A stretch of DNA of 64,000 nt, taken from positions 118,335 to 182,334 of the forward strand of contig CAWACJ010000005.1 in assembly GCA_963780665.1 (NCBI GenBank), read 5' to 3'. Of the stretch, positions 29,838 through 39,682 are shown piece after piece. The DNA comes from an uncultured Methanocellaceae archaeon. GTDB lineage: Archaea; Halobacteriota; Methanocellia; Methanocellales; Methanocellaceae. Below the pieces are notes generated by a model. The model made no database searches and was not told where the DNA came from. It worked only from the letters and a program-made list of their open reading frames with translations. The translations under genes were made by a program, and so were the position numbers. How positions within the stretch are numbered: position 1 is the first letter of the stretch; the number at the start of each line of letters is the position of its first letter.

Positions 29838-30161
29838 CTACGGTTTCTTGCGGATCATCTGCACTTTTTCAGTCATGATGAGCCCGTACTCGACCAGCTT
29901 TTCCACTTCTGGCACGATGGACATGATGCGTTCCTCGGTGTCCACCACGTCGATCACTACAGGTAAATCCAGGGAAAGCCTGAATACATCCACAGTCTTG
30001 AGCTTTTTCTCATGGCCAAATCCCATCATGCCCCGGAACACCGTGCATCCGGGAAACCCCTTGTCCATGAAGTATTCGACCATGTACTTATATGCGGGCC
30101 GGTCATCTATGCTGGCTGTCTCTGAAATGTAGATACGAAGGAGCATCCCGTCTGATAACAT
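29838..30161 (-). CDS. DUF190-family protein (PII-like fold), commonly encoded next to crcB
   Basis: Length is 107 aa. The pattern ...RIYISE...GCTVFRGMMGFG... fits DUF190. It is the last gene after two crcB genes on the same strand. Confidence 0.6.
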   Translation of the reverse strand: MLSDGMLLRIYISETASIDDRPAYKYMVEYFMDKGFPGCTVFRGMMGFGHEKKLKTVDVFRLSLDLPVVIDVVDTEERIMSIVPEVEKLVEYGLIMTEKVQMIRKKP

Positions 30162-30189
30162 ACGTCTTACCTCGTGAATTACCTATTAG

Positions 30190-30516
30190 TTACATCAATA
30201 TCCGATAGCCTAAATAAATTCCCAATAGACCGCCGCCAATATTCAGCAGGATGTTAGTGAGAGCAGTATAATAATCCTTATCTTCCAGCATGCGGAATGT
30301 CTCGAACCCGAACGTGGAGAATGTCGTGAATCCGCCCAGAAGTCCGGTGCAAAGAAATGCATATGTCTCATTATCTGGATTCATAAAGGCGATCGCCGAC
30401 AGCGCGAAGCTGCCTGTAATGTTCACGATCAGCGTGCCAGCGGGAACACCCCTGATCGGGCGTATCTGTGAGATCAGATACCTGAGGATGGCGCCCATCG
30501 TCCCTCCGATCCCCAC
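30190..30516 (-). CDS. crcB: Fluoride ion channel subunit CrcB/Fluc
   Basis: Length is 108 aa. Motifs GTLIVNITGSF and LGGFTTFSTF are present. Confidence 0.8.
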   Translation of the reverse strand: MGIGGTMGAILRYLISQIRPIRGVPAGTLIVNITGSFALSAIAFMNPDNETYAFLCTGLLGGFTTFSTFGFETFRMLEDKDYYTALTNILLNIGGGLLGIYLGYRILM

Positions 30517-30521
30517 GAGAA

Positions 30522-30821
30522 TTATTGCTTCCGTAGCGACCCTCCTGAGAACTTTATGGCCGCGATGCGGCCCAGGAATATGGCAAGCAGGCCAAGTACG
30601 AGGCTCAATACTACGTTAAGGATCGCGGCCTCGGGAGATGAATGGAACGTCTGATAGCTAAATGTTGAGAAAGTGGTAAAAGCCCCGATAAAGCCTACCC
30701 CGTAGACAAGCCTTGTATGAGGGCTGAACGCGCCTATGTAGATGGACTCATACATCAGGAACCCTAGAAGGAAGCAGCCGGCCACGTTTATTAAAAGTAT
30801 GCCGGGAAGGCCCGGTATCAC
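30522..30821 (-). CDS. crcB: Second CrcB/Fluc subunit (heterodimer partner). The conserved N-terminal helix continues upstream to ~30926 without a canonical start codon.
   Basis: The track ORF starts at GTG 30821 (MIPGLPGILLINVAGCFLLGF...AFTTFSTFS). The same frame upstream reads ...LEPYLLIGVGGFAGACARYAVNEV, which is the CrcB first-helix motif, back to a stop at ~30927. No ATG/GTG/TTG occurs in that stretch. Confidence 0.65.
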   Translation of the reverse strand: MIPGLPGILLINVAGCFLLGFLMYESIYIGAFSPHTRLVYGVGFIGAFTTFSTFSYQTFHSSPEAAILNVVLSLVLGLLAIFLGRIAAIKFSGGSLRKQ

Positions 30822-31046
30822 TTCGTTGACCGCATACCTGGCGCAAGCGCCCGCAAACCCTCCGACGCCTATTAAAAGGTATGGCTCAAGTTTGCTGGGT
30901 ATGGCTAAACGCTCCTGTAAGCTTTCTCACTTTCATTGATATGCGAGAACATAATAAGCCTTTTGATATGCCGTATAGCCCAGTATTGAAACTGTATATG
31001 AAAAACAGGTGAAGGGAAATAAAAAAAATAACGAGAAAGATGAGGG

Positions 31047-32963
31047 TTAGACCTTCTCGTTATCCTGTGCCGTACCCTCGGCCGGGACCTTCTCGCTTAC
31101 GACCGTTTTCTCGCTGATCAGCGTCTTCCCGTTACCGTTATTATCGCTCTTGCTGATCCATTTTGCGAGGATCGCGTTGAACAGGCTTGCGCCTTGATCG
31201 CCGCTTCCGGTCACCAGCACGTTGGGCGTGATGACGATCTTGCCGTTGGCGACCTCCTCTATTAATTTGAGCGCAGCAACTCGTTCCGCCCCCAGGACGT
31301 CGGTCTGGGCATGATACGCGGAAGCGATGGCTTTTCCGACCTGTTCCTGCTCATAGGCGCTACCGTCGGCTTTTGTCTTCGTGGAGTCCCTGATACCCTC
31401 GGCTTCTCTTCTCAAGGCTTGTGCGTTATCCGTGGCAATATCGATCGATAGCTTGGCAGCGATGACGTCTGTCTGCTTGTCTGCTCGCGCGGTCTTCTCC
31501 GCGACCGCGATCCGCTGCTCCTGTGCCTTTGCCTCTTCCTCGTACTGCTTCTGCTGCTGGACGGCGATCTCTTTTCTCGTCTGCGTCTCCAGTAATTTTT
31601 CATCTACTTTGATGTAGGCGATGAGAAGGCCCTGGACTTCGACATGATATTTACAGAACTCCCCCCGGGCTTTTTCAAGCGACTGCATCTGAAGTTCAGT
31701 ACGGCTGTGGACAAACTCCATGGCCGCTTTATTTCCCGCCTCGTTCCTGAATGAGCTGTCGATCAGCGGATGGGCGACCTGCTCGATAAGATTCGAGACG
31801 GTGCCGAATCGCGCAATGACGAATGGCGCATTCGCGGGAGGGATACGGATGATCAGCCGGACATCCACGTCCAGCTGGAAGCCGTCCTTCGAAGTGACCT
31901 TGAGCTGGTTGAACTTAAAGAATTCCGCGACCTTTTCAGTCTCCTCCTCCTGTTGCTTCGCGTTGAGCACCTTCGTTTCGGTGACACCGTCGCGCGACGC
32001 CCAGTCTATCGTAATGGCGCTCGTCGGGACGAACTCGGGCTTGTAGGCGATCTGGTTCAGGTTATACTTACCCGGCGCGACCGGATCCTTCAGGATACCA
32101 CGTTCACTCTTGCTCGTTATCAGAAGAGTCTCGACCGCTTCCGGGAGAGTCTGGTCCAGCCCGCCATCCGTGCTAATTAAAGGAGCAATGGCCGGCTTTG
32201 TTAGCTCTTTTCCCACGCTCGAAATGACCACGGCCACATAGCCGGGAGGCACGGTCGCTACATCTGACAGGTTCACCTCGAACAGTAGCGGGTTGATGTA
32301 ATATTCACCCGGCTGCAGCGTCTCCAGTTGAGGGCCGCGATGCCCACTATTATTGATGAATGCCTGGCCATCCTGGAAATGCTTATGGTCGCCCGTCGGA
32401 TCGGGTGCGACGATGTACCCGGAGGGCAGCGGAATACCGTCACGGGCTAGTACGACGCCGACCATCTCCTTTGGTACTTCAGTGGCCCTCATGTCCTTTA
32501 TCTTAAATACCTGAGTGTTAATACGATAAGTTCCAGGCCTGAGCACGGATATCTGCGGCCCTTTACAGCCACCGCTTTCGAGGAAAGCTTTTGCGTCCTG
32601 GAACGCGCTACATTCCACTTCGTCCCCGAGCAGCCTTCCGGTAGAGATCGGCCTGCCGTCTATCGATTCGACGATTCCTATGTTCCCCGGGTTGATACAT
32701 GTGACGGGATACCGCCTGATCTTCCAGATGATCGGTATCCTCCAGTACAGTCCCGGGAGCAAAGTATCTGCCTGCAGCCCGACTTCCCCGTTGGTCGCTA
32801 TGATCTGTCCTTTTTGTAATTTTTTTCCGAGCATATTCTTAGTGACTATACCGACCTCATTATCGCGTATCAGGGCAAATCCCCGCAGGATAAATATTGC
32901 AAGTAATAGGATGATCCCGATCACTAATATGGTAAATAAAATATCTTCGAACATCTCAGTCAC
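31047..32963 (-). CDS. Flotillin-like SPFH/band-7 protein
   Basis: Length is 638 aa. An N-terminal TM helix is followed by an SPFH domain and a long coiled-coil/EA-rich C-terminal region. Confidence 0.75.
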   Translation of the reverse strand: MTEMFEDILFTILVIGIILLLAIFILRGFALIRDNEVGIVTKNMLGKKLQKGQIIATNGEVGLQADTLLPGLYWRIPIIWKIRRYPVTCINPGNIGIVESIDGRPISTGRLLGDEVECSAFQDAKAFLESGGCKGPQISVLRPGTYRINTQVFKIKDMRATEVPKEMVGVVLARDGIPLPSGYIVAPDPTGDHKHFQDGQAFINNSGHRGPQLETLQPGEYYINPLLFEVNLSDVATVPPGYVAVVISSVGKELTKPAIAPLISTDGGLDQTLPEAVETLLITSKSERGILKDPVAPGKYNLNQIAYKPEFVPTSAITIDWASRDGVTETKVLNAKQQEEETEKVAEFFKFNQLKVTSKDGFQLDVDVRLIIRIPPANAPFVIARFGTVSNLIEQVAHPLIDSSFRNEAGNKAAMEFVHSRTELQMQSLEKARGEFCKYHVEVQGLLIAYIKVDEKLLETQTRKEIAVQQQKQYEEEAKAQEQRIAVAEKTARADKQTDVIAAKLSIDIATDNAQALRREAEGIRDSTKTKADGSAYEQEQVGKAIASAYHAQTDVLGAERVAALKLIEEVANGKIVITPNVLVTGSGDQGASLFNAILAKWISKSDNNGNGKTLISEKTVVSEKVPAEGTAQDNEKV

Positions 32964-33603
32964 CCGGGCTTTATCACCCGGCCCTCACCATATAATGCTT
33001 TATTCCTCAACCATATTATACTTTATTTTTTCTAATTAGAAAATTCACTGTATATCTCGCGCGTCCTCAAGACGCACTATAAAAGCCAATATCCGCTATT
33101 AGCCCAATGGAGCCTATAAAAGCATCAGAAAATGCATTTCATGACCTCGGATCTTACCCGGGGACATTCTCATACTGCATTATGTAAGTTCATGGAATAT
33201 ATGATCGAAGAAATATCGACACATCATCGAAGATTTATCGATGTACAAAAAGAACGCCGTTAGACACAAAATAATCAATATATGCCTCGTGGCGCTCGTA
33301 TTTATTATCATATGCCCGTAAATATTGATATAATCTTGTAGACGCAAATTTTTCATTTTTCGTATAAAATCGCATTAATTTTCTTATTTGCCCTATTTTT
33401 ATAATAATAAATTGCATAGCATTATATACCTCTATTCTAATCTTTGTCTAATCAAGCGATGTGTGCATAATAATAAACTGCGCAACGTATCGCATGCCAT
33501 CTGGGGCTAACACAGAAACCCTCTACCGGGGTCTCTGCGAAAAAGGGTGGCGCTACCGGCGATCTCAGTGTAGTTCAGACTAAAAAATGGTGGTGACCGT
33601 CCC

Positions 33604-34197
33604 ATGAGCAGATCGGAATACGTAGGGGGTCGCGAAAGCGATTTTCTTTCTCCCGCAAATAAGATAGGGAACTTCAGCTATCATGATGCCATACCAGTTC
33701 TGTATGACCTGGCTCTGCTGGCTCTAATAGTATATGCGTCGAACCTATTGTATATTATCACGCACGAAATGGGCCATGCTATTCTGTGTAGCGCTACGAG
33801 TGGAAAGGTCCTGAACGTTTTTGTGGATTACCTGACACTGAGTGGTAAGACCACTTTCCTGGGCGGGAACAGTACACTGACCGCGGCCGGCGGGCTCATC
33901 GCCGGAGGCATACTCAGCGTATTTCTTTACCGGTCCGGCATGTGGTCCGCACAGCTCGCATCCGCTGTCATCGCGTTCCGCACGATGAGCGAGTGCGTCC
34001 TGATCATGCCCGGAGCTGACATAACGTTCCTCAAAGGCACTTACATCGCGCCCTTGATCGTAGGCATAGTCATTGTTTGTGGATATATCACCTATTCAGG
34101 CGCGCTAAAAGGCCTGGGAAGAAAAGTGGACCTGATCAACGCGGTCGCTGTTGCCCTAGTCGCCGGCGGAGTCTGTGCCGCATTCATGTTCCTGTGA
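33604..34197 (+). CDS. Membrane-embedded HExxH metalloprotease-like protein
   Basis: Length is 197 aa. ITHEMGHAILCS lies within a hydrophobic context, with several further TM segments. Confidence 0.45.
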   Translation: MSRSEYVGGRESDFLSPANKIGNFSYHDAIPVLYDLALLALIVYASNLLYIITHEMGHAILCSATSGKVLNVFVDYLTLSGKTTFLGGNSTLTAAGGLIAGGILSVFLYRSGMWSAQLASAVIAFRTMSECVLIMPGADITFLKGTYIAPLIVGIVIVCGYITYSGALKGLGRKVDLINAVAVALVAGGVCAAFMFL

Positions 34198-34213
34198 AGG
34201 AACATAAACATTT

Positions 34214-35164
34214 ATGAATCATACCATCCATGCTATTATAAGATGGGGCATGAATGAAAATAAAACAAATCCGACCGATGTAAATAGTCCAAATAAAAAT
34301 CCGAGTATAATCATAAAAAAAGACGAAGGCTCGCATATCGGCTATTATCTGGCGTTCATTTCGATCATTGTGCTGATACTTGCGTATATCATCGTCAAGG
34401 CGTTCAACCTGTTTCCTGAAAGTGCATATGGTACATGGACAGATTCATTCAGTATTCTAGGCGCATTATTCTTTTTTGCCGCCTGCGCATGGGGCTTGAA
34501 CCGCTCGGCGAACCTGAAGATCAGGGACGGCATGGTGCTGTTCTTGCTATGCGCTACATGTCTGCTTTTATATGAGCTGTCATGGGCATACTATAACATA
34601 ATAAATCATAACATGATGCCATACCCTTCGTGGGGCGACATTTTTTATGTTGCCGCCCACGTGCTGATGATCATGGCGATCATACTGGTCACACGAGGCT
34701 TGCGGACTAAGCCGAAGCTAGACTATCCGCTTATTATTCTAATGATAATCGCCTCATGGATCATTTTAACAATCATCGTGCTGACTACTGGCCTTAACCT
34801 GGGCGAGATATATAGCAATGGGCATGTGGACATGGCCATGGTACTCAATATCGGCTACCCGGTGCTTGACGTGATCGCGCTGGTCATGGTCGGCAGGCTC
34901 CTGGAAGTATCCCAGGGCAGGAGTGTCTTCGAGGCACAGATGATGCTGGCCGTGGCAATTTGCATGATCAGTTTCGCCGACATATATTTCTCTATCACTT
35001 CGACTCTCGGCCTTTATGAGATAGGCTCGCTCCCGGACCAGCTATTCATCATCGCATACGTGCTTTTCGGCCTGAGCGTATGGCGATACGTGAACCTGAC
35101 GCGCAGGGACATCGTGAAGGATGTGGCGAACCGGACGACAAGCGGAGATAAAGTAAGTAAATAA
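34214..35164 (+). CDS. Polytopic membrane protein of unknown function (paralog of 23767..24705)
   Basis: Length is 316 aa. It shares ...GYPVLDVIALVMVGRLLEVSQGRSVFEAQMMLA...IYFSI... with the other copy. Confidence 0.5.
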   Translation: MNHTIHAIIRWGMNENKTNPTDVNSPNKNPSIIIKKDEGSHIGYYLAFISIIVLILAYIIVKAFNLFPESAYGTWTDSFSILGALFFFAACAWGLNRSANLKIRDGMVLFLLCATCLLLYELSWAYYNIINHNMMPYPSWGDIFYVAAHVLMIMAIILVTRGLRTKPKLDYPLIILMIIASWIILTIIVLTTGLNLGEIYSNGHVDMAMVLNIGYPVLDVIALVMVGRLLEVSQGRSVFEAQMMLAVAICMISFADIYFSITSTLGLYEIGSLPDQLFIIAYVLFGLSVWRYVNLTRRDIVKDVANRTTSGDKVSK

Positions 35165-35303
35165 ATTCGCTTTGATTAGAGCCAAGGTGAATACGACAAA
35201 TATTTTTGTATAAACCTGCGGCCCCCTAAGGACTCCATCGGAAACTTACCATTTGCAGTTAGCACCGGGTCGCATGGCTGAGTGATGCGCAGATAATAAT
35301 AAA

Positions 35304-35324
35304 CGCCCCCTGGCGTCGGGGGCA
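35304..35324. terminator. GC-rich hairpin between convergent genes (putative bidirectional terminator)
   Basis: gcccccTGGCGTCgggggc forms a 6-7 bp G/C stem flanked by A/T-rich runs, between the +gene ending at 35164 and the -gene ending at 35344. Confidence 0.4.
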
Positions 35325-35343
35325 TAATAAAAACGGGTGTTAT

Positions 35344-35571
35344 CTAGAACTTGAGCTTTTTAAACTCTTCAATGTCGTATGCGAGCCTGCCCAGTTCCTC
35401 ATCCGTGATCTCAACGCGGTTCTTGAGCGCACGTAATTCTGCCGTCAGTTGCTTGATCCTCGCGTACATTACGTACATGATGATAAAGCAGAGGATGATG
35501 CCCACGGAAAGGAGCCCGATAAGAAGCTCAAACAAAGTACTATTAGTATCGAACATATCATACGCCTCCAA
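35344..35571 (-). CDS. Small membrane-anchored coiled-coil protein (last gene of the MinD/PATAN array)
   Basis: Length is 75 aa, with one TM helix followed by an amphipathic/coiled-coil tail. It overlaps the minD-like stop by ~14 nt. Confidence 0.4.
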   Translation of the reverse strand: MEAYDMFDTNSTLFELLIGLLSVGIILCFIIMYVMYARIKQLTAELRALKNRVEITDEELGRLAYDIEEFKKLKF

Positions 35572-36352
35572 ATAGTGACCGTGCTAGACGGTCGATGAAT
35601 CCTTCTTTATTCGACTCTGCGCCTGCGGCCTCCGTGACCATGGCCTTAGAGCCTGCCAGCTTCGCCGCCAGCTTCTTATAGCCTTTTGCTGCCGGGCTGT
35701 CCGGGTACATGACGACGACTGGCGTCTTGAACGCAGCCGCTCTGCGGACACTTGAGTCCTCGGGTATGACCTCGAGCACTTCTGCGCCCATGATCTGACT
35801 GATCTTCTGGCTGGTGAGCATAGTCTTCTCCGCAGATGCCCTGTTCAGGACAATGCCGCCCACTGCACCGCCAACCATCTCGGTCAGTACCTTGATCTTG
35901 ACCGCGTCGGCGAGTGACGAAAGTTCGGGGTTCACCACGAGCAATACCTCATCCGCGATCGCAAGGGGTATTACGCCATCCTTGCTGATGCCTGCCGGAG
36001 CGTCTATCAATATGAAGTCGGCGCCCGTGACAAGCTTGCTCATTACAAACTGCAGCCTGTCCGGGTCGGCGTTCTGAAAGCCCTGTAGCGATATGCCGCT
36101 GGGGACAACTTTCAGCCCTGTCGGCAGCTCGTACACAGCCTGAGAGATATCCGCCTTTCCGGCGAGTACTTCATGCAGTGTGATCTTACTCTTTTCCAGG
36201 CCTAGCACGAGGCCCAGGTTTGCCATGCCTATGTCGGCGTCCAGTATAATGGTACGCTTACCCAATAGCGCCAGGGCGGTACCCAGGTTCGCTGTTGTCA
36301 TCGTCTTCCCTGTGCCGCCCTTTCCAGAAGCGATCGTATATACTTTAGTCAT
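35558..36352 (-). CDS. MinD/ParA-family P-loop ATPase (archaeal MinD-like)
   Basis: Deviant Walker A SGKGGTGKTMTTANLG, followed by ...ILDADIGMANL... Length is 264 aa. Confidence 0.8.
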   Translation of the reverse strand: MTKVYTIASGKGGTGKTMTTANLGTALALLGKRTIILDADIGMANLGLVLGLEKSKITLHEVLAGKADISQAVYELPTGLKVVPSGISLQGFQNADPDRLQFVMSKLVTGADFILIDAPAGISKDGVIPLAIADEVLLVVNPELSSLADAVKIKVLTEMVGGAVGGIVLNRASAEKTMLTSQKISQIMGAEVLEVIPEDSSVRRAAAFKTPVVVMYPDSPAAKGYKKLAAKLAGSKAMVTEAAGAESNKEGFIDRLARSLFGGV

Positions 36353-36407
36353 TCAACACATCCACCTGTATTTTTGCCCCACTGAGCTTGATATTATGAT
36401 AGTCATG

Positions 36408-37316
36408 TTATGCCTTCCTGATCATCTCTATCAGGATCATTCGCCTGATCTCGGCTTCATCGTATACGATGCCGATATCCCTGATATGCTTTACGTACGA
36501 CACCACGTCTTCCTCGTTAGGCCAGGTCTTGTCCGCGAGGAATATCTGGATGTCGTGCAGTATCCAGTCCCTGATCTTATTTTTTCGCTCTTCGATCTTT
36601 GAGTAAACTTTCTCCAGTACAGTATTCTCTTGGAAATAATAGCCTTTTTCCTTCAGGTGCCTGATCACGTCCATAGGGTCTATGGATACGAGCGCGCTAT
36701 TGCCGATGATATCGTCTATTTCGGTGTCAAGGACCTCGCTGCTAAGCGACATGGACTTCGAGGCCTTGCGGATAGTATCCATCGGCTGAGGTGTTCTCGG
36801 CTCTTCCGCAATTTGCGACGGCACTTCTGGCTTCTTGTTGATCTTCGGGGTTGACTTCCCCATCGCCATGCGAATGCGGCGGGCCTCGTTGATGAGGTTC
36901 CGCACCTCCGTAGCATCGGAATCGAAGTATTCGGCGATCTCGTCTTCGCCGTACGCCTGAGTTCCGGCGACGGCGACACTACCTCCTTCGACAGCGACGA
37001 TTTGCTCGCTCACTTCTGCCTCGGCTGGTTCCACGCTCTCGGGAATCGCCGCTTCGAGGTCAGCATACAATTTCGCTTGCTGCTCGTTAGCGATCTCCAT
37101 GTACCTGGCAAGTGTGTTGTCCATGATGGACGATGCCTGCTCTTCGTGGAACACGTCGAGCAGCATGTTCATGAGCCTCGACAGGTCAAGCGATCCGTCC
37201 TGCCCCACTATACCCGATATGGATTCGGTGTCCACGGCTTTATTGAACCTGGCAAGCCCTTCGATGCCCGCCGTGTACAGGATAGAGTTCTGGAGTATGA
37301 CATGGATGTCGCTCAT
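36408..37316 (-). CDS. Hypothetical acidic protein in the MinD/PATAN array
   Basis: Length is 302 aa. No recognisable motif. It sits between minD-like and the PATAN-like gene on the same strand with short gaps. Confidence 0.45.
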   Translation of the reverse strand: MSDIHVILQNSILYTAGIEGLARFNKAVDTESISGIVGQDGSLDLSRLMNMLLDVFHEEQASSIMDNTLARYMEIANEQQAKLYADLEAAIPESVEPAEAEVSEQIVAVEGGSVAVAGTQAYGEDEIAEYFDSDATEVRNLINEARRIRMAMGKSTPKINKKPEVPSQIAEEPRTPQPMDTIRKASKSMSLSSEVLDTEIDDIIGNSALVSIDPMDVIRHLKEKGYYFQENTVLEKVYSKIEERKNKIRDWILHDIQIFLADKTWPNEEDVVSYVKHIRDIGIVYDEAEIRRMILIEMIRKA

Positions 37317-37325
37317 ATGTGGACC

Positions 37326-38540
37326 TCAGTTTTTCTTTTTGTTCTCAGACGTCACCTTAAGGTGTGACAGCTCTAGTCGTTTTAGCAATTCATCCACGTT
37401 GCCCACGAACTCGCTCTCGACCTTTTTTACGAAATCTATGTCCGCGTCCATGTCGCCTTTCATGGTGCTCGAAGACTTCACTTCGGGCACGGGCGTCCCG
37501 AGCCCCTCCACGCTATATGCCTGCCGGTCTGTTCTCTCCAGCAGTGCCCTTGCAGGTATGCCAATTTCATTTCTGGGGCCGTTCTCAGGCATAGGCTGAG
37601 GCGACTCAATGCGACGCGATGGCGTTATCCATGGCTTCATTTCCGGGACAGGCACAGGCTCGGGCTCGGACTTAAACACCGGCGCCGGAATTGAGTACCT
37701 GGGCTGATCCAGGCGAGGCCCGGGCTCCGGCCTGTGCACAGGCTCCGGAGCGGGTGATGTCGATACCCGGGGATTTCCGTGCAGGACTGACAGTATTAGT
37801 GACTCTTCGACACGATAGAATTCCGCATCCCCGGCGTATACCATGAGCGAGTCCAGCAGCGCTTTGCCGATCAATTCCGACTTTTCGGAATAGGCGGCTT
37901 CCGGTTTTCCCCTGATGAGCAGGATGTGGTATTCAGCGAATGCGCTGCCCGTCTTTACGGCAAAGATCACATGCCCCGTCTCATCAGTCCTGGCGCTCAT
38001 GTATGCGCTAAGGCTTTCCACAGTTTCCGACTTCAGGAACTGTCCCCTCACTTCCGGCAGCCTACCCTGCCTGACGGGCGCTTCAGCCCTGGGGCGCCGC
38101 TGCTGCGCGGGCTCCGGCTGGGCTTCGCGCTTCCTTAAGGTCGGCATCATATCGACCCTTTGCGGCTGCACAGGCTGTTGCGCAGCCTGTTGCGCAGGTT
38201 GCTGCGCCTTCAAGGTAAACTCCTTGCAGAAGTCCAGCATGAGGCGTATCTGGCTATCGTTGAATGCGCATAGTTCCAGAATTGCCGCATCCTTAGAAAC
38301 TATTGAAGTGATGAGCTGTAAGTCGCTATCCGGGCGATCGGTGTTGCCGTCTGACGTGAACGCGATCGCCGGCGTGCCCGACTTGTAGACTAAGACGCCT
38401 TCGACGCTCTCGCCGGGCTTGCTTATGAGGGAAGCCCTCAGGTAGCCGGTGAATGTGTTCTTCGCGAGCGATGCATTGATCTCGGCCAGGGACCTTGGCA
38501 GGCCATCACTCTTTACCGGAGTGCCATACGGTAGCTTCAT
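37326..38540 (-). CDS. Protein with two PATAN(DUF4388)-like domains separated by Q/P-rich low-complexity linkers
   Basis: The likely start MKLPYG (38540) overlaps the upstream gene stop as ATGA. The domain pattern SLAEINASLAKNTFTGYLRASL...EGVLVYKSGTPAIAFTSDG recurs as TVESLSAYMSARTDETGHVIFAVKTG...AEYHILLIRGKPEAAYS. The linkers are QQPAQQAAQQPVQPQ and PEPVPVPE. Confidence 0.55.
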   Translation of the reverse strand: MKLPYGTPVKSDGLPRSLAEINASLAKNTFTGYLRASLISKPGESVEGVLVYKSGTPAIAFTSDGNTDRPDSDLQLITSIVSKDAAILELCAFNDSQIRLMLDFCKEFTLKAQQPAQQAAQQPVQPQRVDMMPTLRKREAQPEPAQQRRPRAEAPVRQGRLPEVRGQFLKSETVESLSAYMSARTDETGHVIFAVKTGSAFAEYHILLIRGKPEAAYSEKSELIGKALLDSLMVYAGDAEFYRVEESLILSVLHGNPRVSTSPAPEPVHRPEPGPRLDQPRYSIPAPVFKSEPEPVPVPEMKPWITPSRRIESPQPMPENGPRNEIGIPARALLERTDRQAYSVEGLGTPVPEVKSSSTMKGDMDADIDFVKKVESEFVGNVDELLKRLELSHLKVTSENKKKN

Positions 38541-39286
38541 ACCATGTCCCTCACTGTATTCTGCACATTCTTGATGCTTAATCGCACGAGACCCAGGTTC
38601 CCATCCGCCTTGGCCAGCACGCACAGGAACATATCATCGATCGGAGCTATGATCACCTTATATTCGGGCGTCTCCAGGATGATCTGCTCGGCGCTGCCCA
38701 GCTGGAGCTCCGTCGCGATCCTCGTGCCCGAGCGCACGATGTCCTCGGTTGCGACTGCAATGTGCTCAAAGTCCACCTGCTGCTCGCCTTTCTGGAATAT
38801 AGGGAAGCCATCTGCGACGAGAGCTGCCGCGACCACGCCAGGGAGAAGCAGGACCGTGGAAAGCATCGACTCGTACGGTACTGCCTGTCTTTCAATGGGG
38901 CCATCCGATGCTTCGACGGCTTCTTCTTCCAGTATGCCTTCGGGCTTTTCGTTGTTCATTGCCTGTCCGACAATGACCGAGTCGGGATAGGATTCCAGCA
39001 GCTCGGACTTTTCTTTTTCACTGTATGAATAGACCTTGAGTCGCGTCTCGTTAAGCGAAAGCATGCGCTCCAGCGCGTTCATCTGATACAGCGTGATCGT
39101 GCTCAGCATGTTGTACGCCGATGCAAGAACATTCCCGTCTTCTATCAGGATGAAGCCTTCGCTGACCCTGCCGTCTTCCACCCGGAAAACGTGTATGCAC
39201 CCGCGGAAATTTTTACTGTATTCTCGCAGTACGTCCGGTATGGGCTTTTTCGTTTCGGCTATGAAGTTACCGTATGGGAGTTTCAC
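38537..39286 (-). CDS. PATAN(DUF4388)-like N-domain fused to a Roadblock/LC7 C-domain
   Basis: The N-terminus MKLPYGNFIAETKKPIPDVLREYSKNFRGCIHVFRVEDG...GFILIEDGNVLASAY is paralogous to the downstream gene's N-terminus. The C-terminus ...LLLPGVVAAALVADGFPIF... has a Roadblock-like pattern. Confidence 0.55.
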   Translation of the reverse strand: MKLPYGNFIAETKKPIPDVLREYSKNFRGCIHVFRVEDGRVSEGFILIEDGNVLASAYNMLSTITLYQMNALERMLSLNETRLKVYSYSEKEKSELLESYPDSVIVGQAMNNEKPEGILEEEAVEASDGPIERQAVPYESMLSTVLLLPGVVAAALVADGFPIFQKGEQQVDFEHIAVATEDIVRSGTRIATELQLGSAEQIILETPEYKVIIAPIDDMFLCVLAKADGNLGLVRLSIKNVQNTVRDMV

Positions 39287-39334
39287 TGATAGACGTCCTT
39301 GTTCGGATGTTCAATGCGCAATATCTGGTGCGAT

Positions 39335-39682
39335 TCAAAGTGCTGCAGTTATGCGATCCTTGTTCTTTTTCACTTCATACCGTATCCTGCCTATGTTCGC
39401 GCCGGATTCGGCGACGATGGCAAGGATCTCATTTTCCGTTACCAGGGAAAGGATGATCGGGCCTTTCTCCAGCTCGACGATTACCTGCTCGAAGTTACCC
39501 TTGCCCAGCTCTATGCCCATTGCTTCCGACGTACCGACGCTGGTAGAAGCCATAGCTCCCAGGGCGTCCACGTCCATCTGGATGTTGGCCACGTGCTCGA
39601 TGATGAACCCGTCCCGGCCAACGATCGCTGCGGCGTTAACGCCCTCGACCTTTGTCAGGTCGCTTAAAATCCTGTTTAGCAT
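39335..39682 (-). CDS. Roadblock/LC7 (MglB-like) domain protein
   Basis: Length is 115 aa. The pattern ...GVNAAAIVGRDGFIIEHVA...NIGRIRYE is present. The start overlaps the hydrogenase large-subunit stop. Confidence 0.7.
   Translation of the reverse strand: MLNRILSDLTKVEGVNAAAIVGRDGFIIEHVANIQMDVDALGAMASTSVGTSEAMGIELGKGNFEQVIVELEKGPIILSLVTENEILAIVAESGANIGRIRYEVKKNKDRITAAL

Noticed and set aside
30927-31046. Fluoride riboswitch (crcB motif) upstream of the crcB operon
   Set aside because: The conserved GGxGAUGG ... CUGAUGAUGCCUAC elements are not present in the 5' leader.
33420-33600. Possible structured RNA (ggggctaacacagaaaccctctaccggggtctc...gggtggcgctaccggcgatctcag) upstream of the HExxH membrane protein
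   Set aside because: It has no tRNA cloverleaf and does not match any riboswitch consensus I can recognise. It is only a weak stem.
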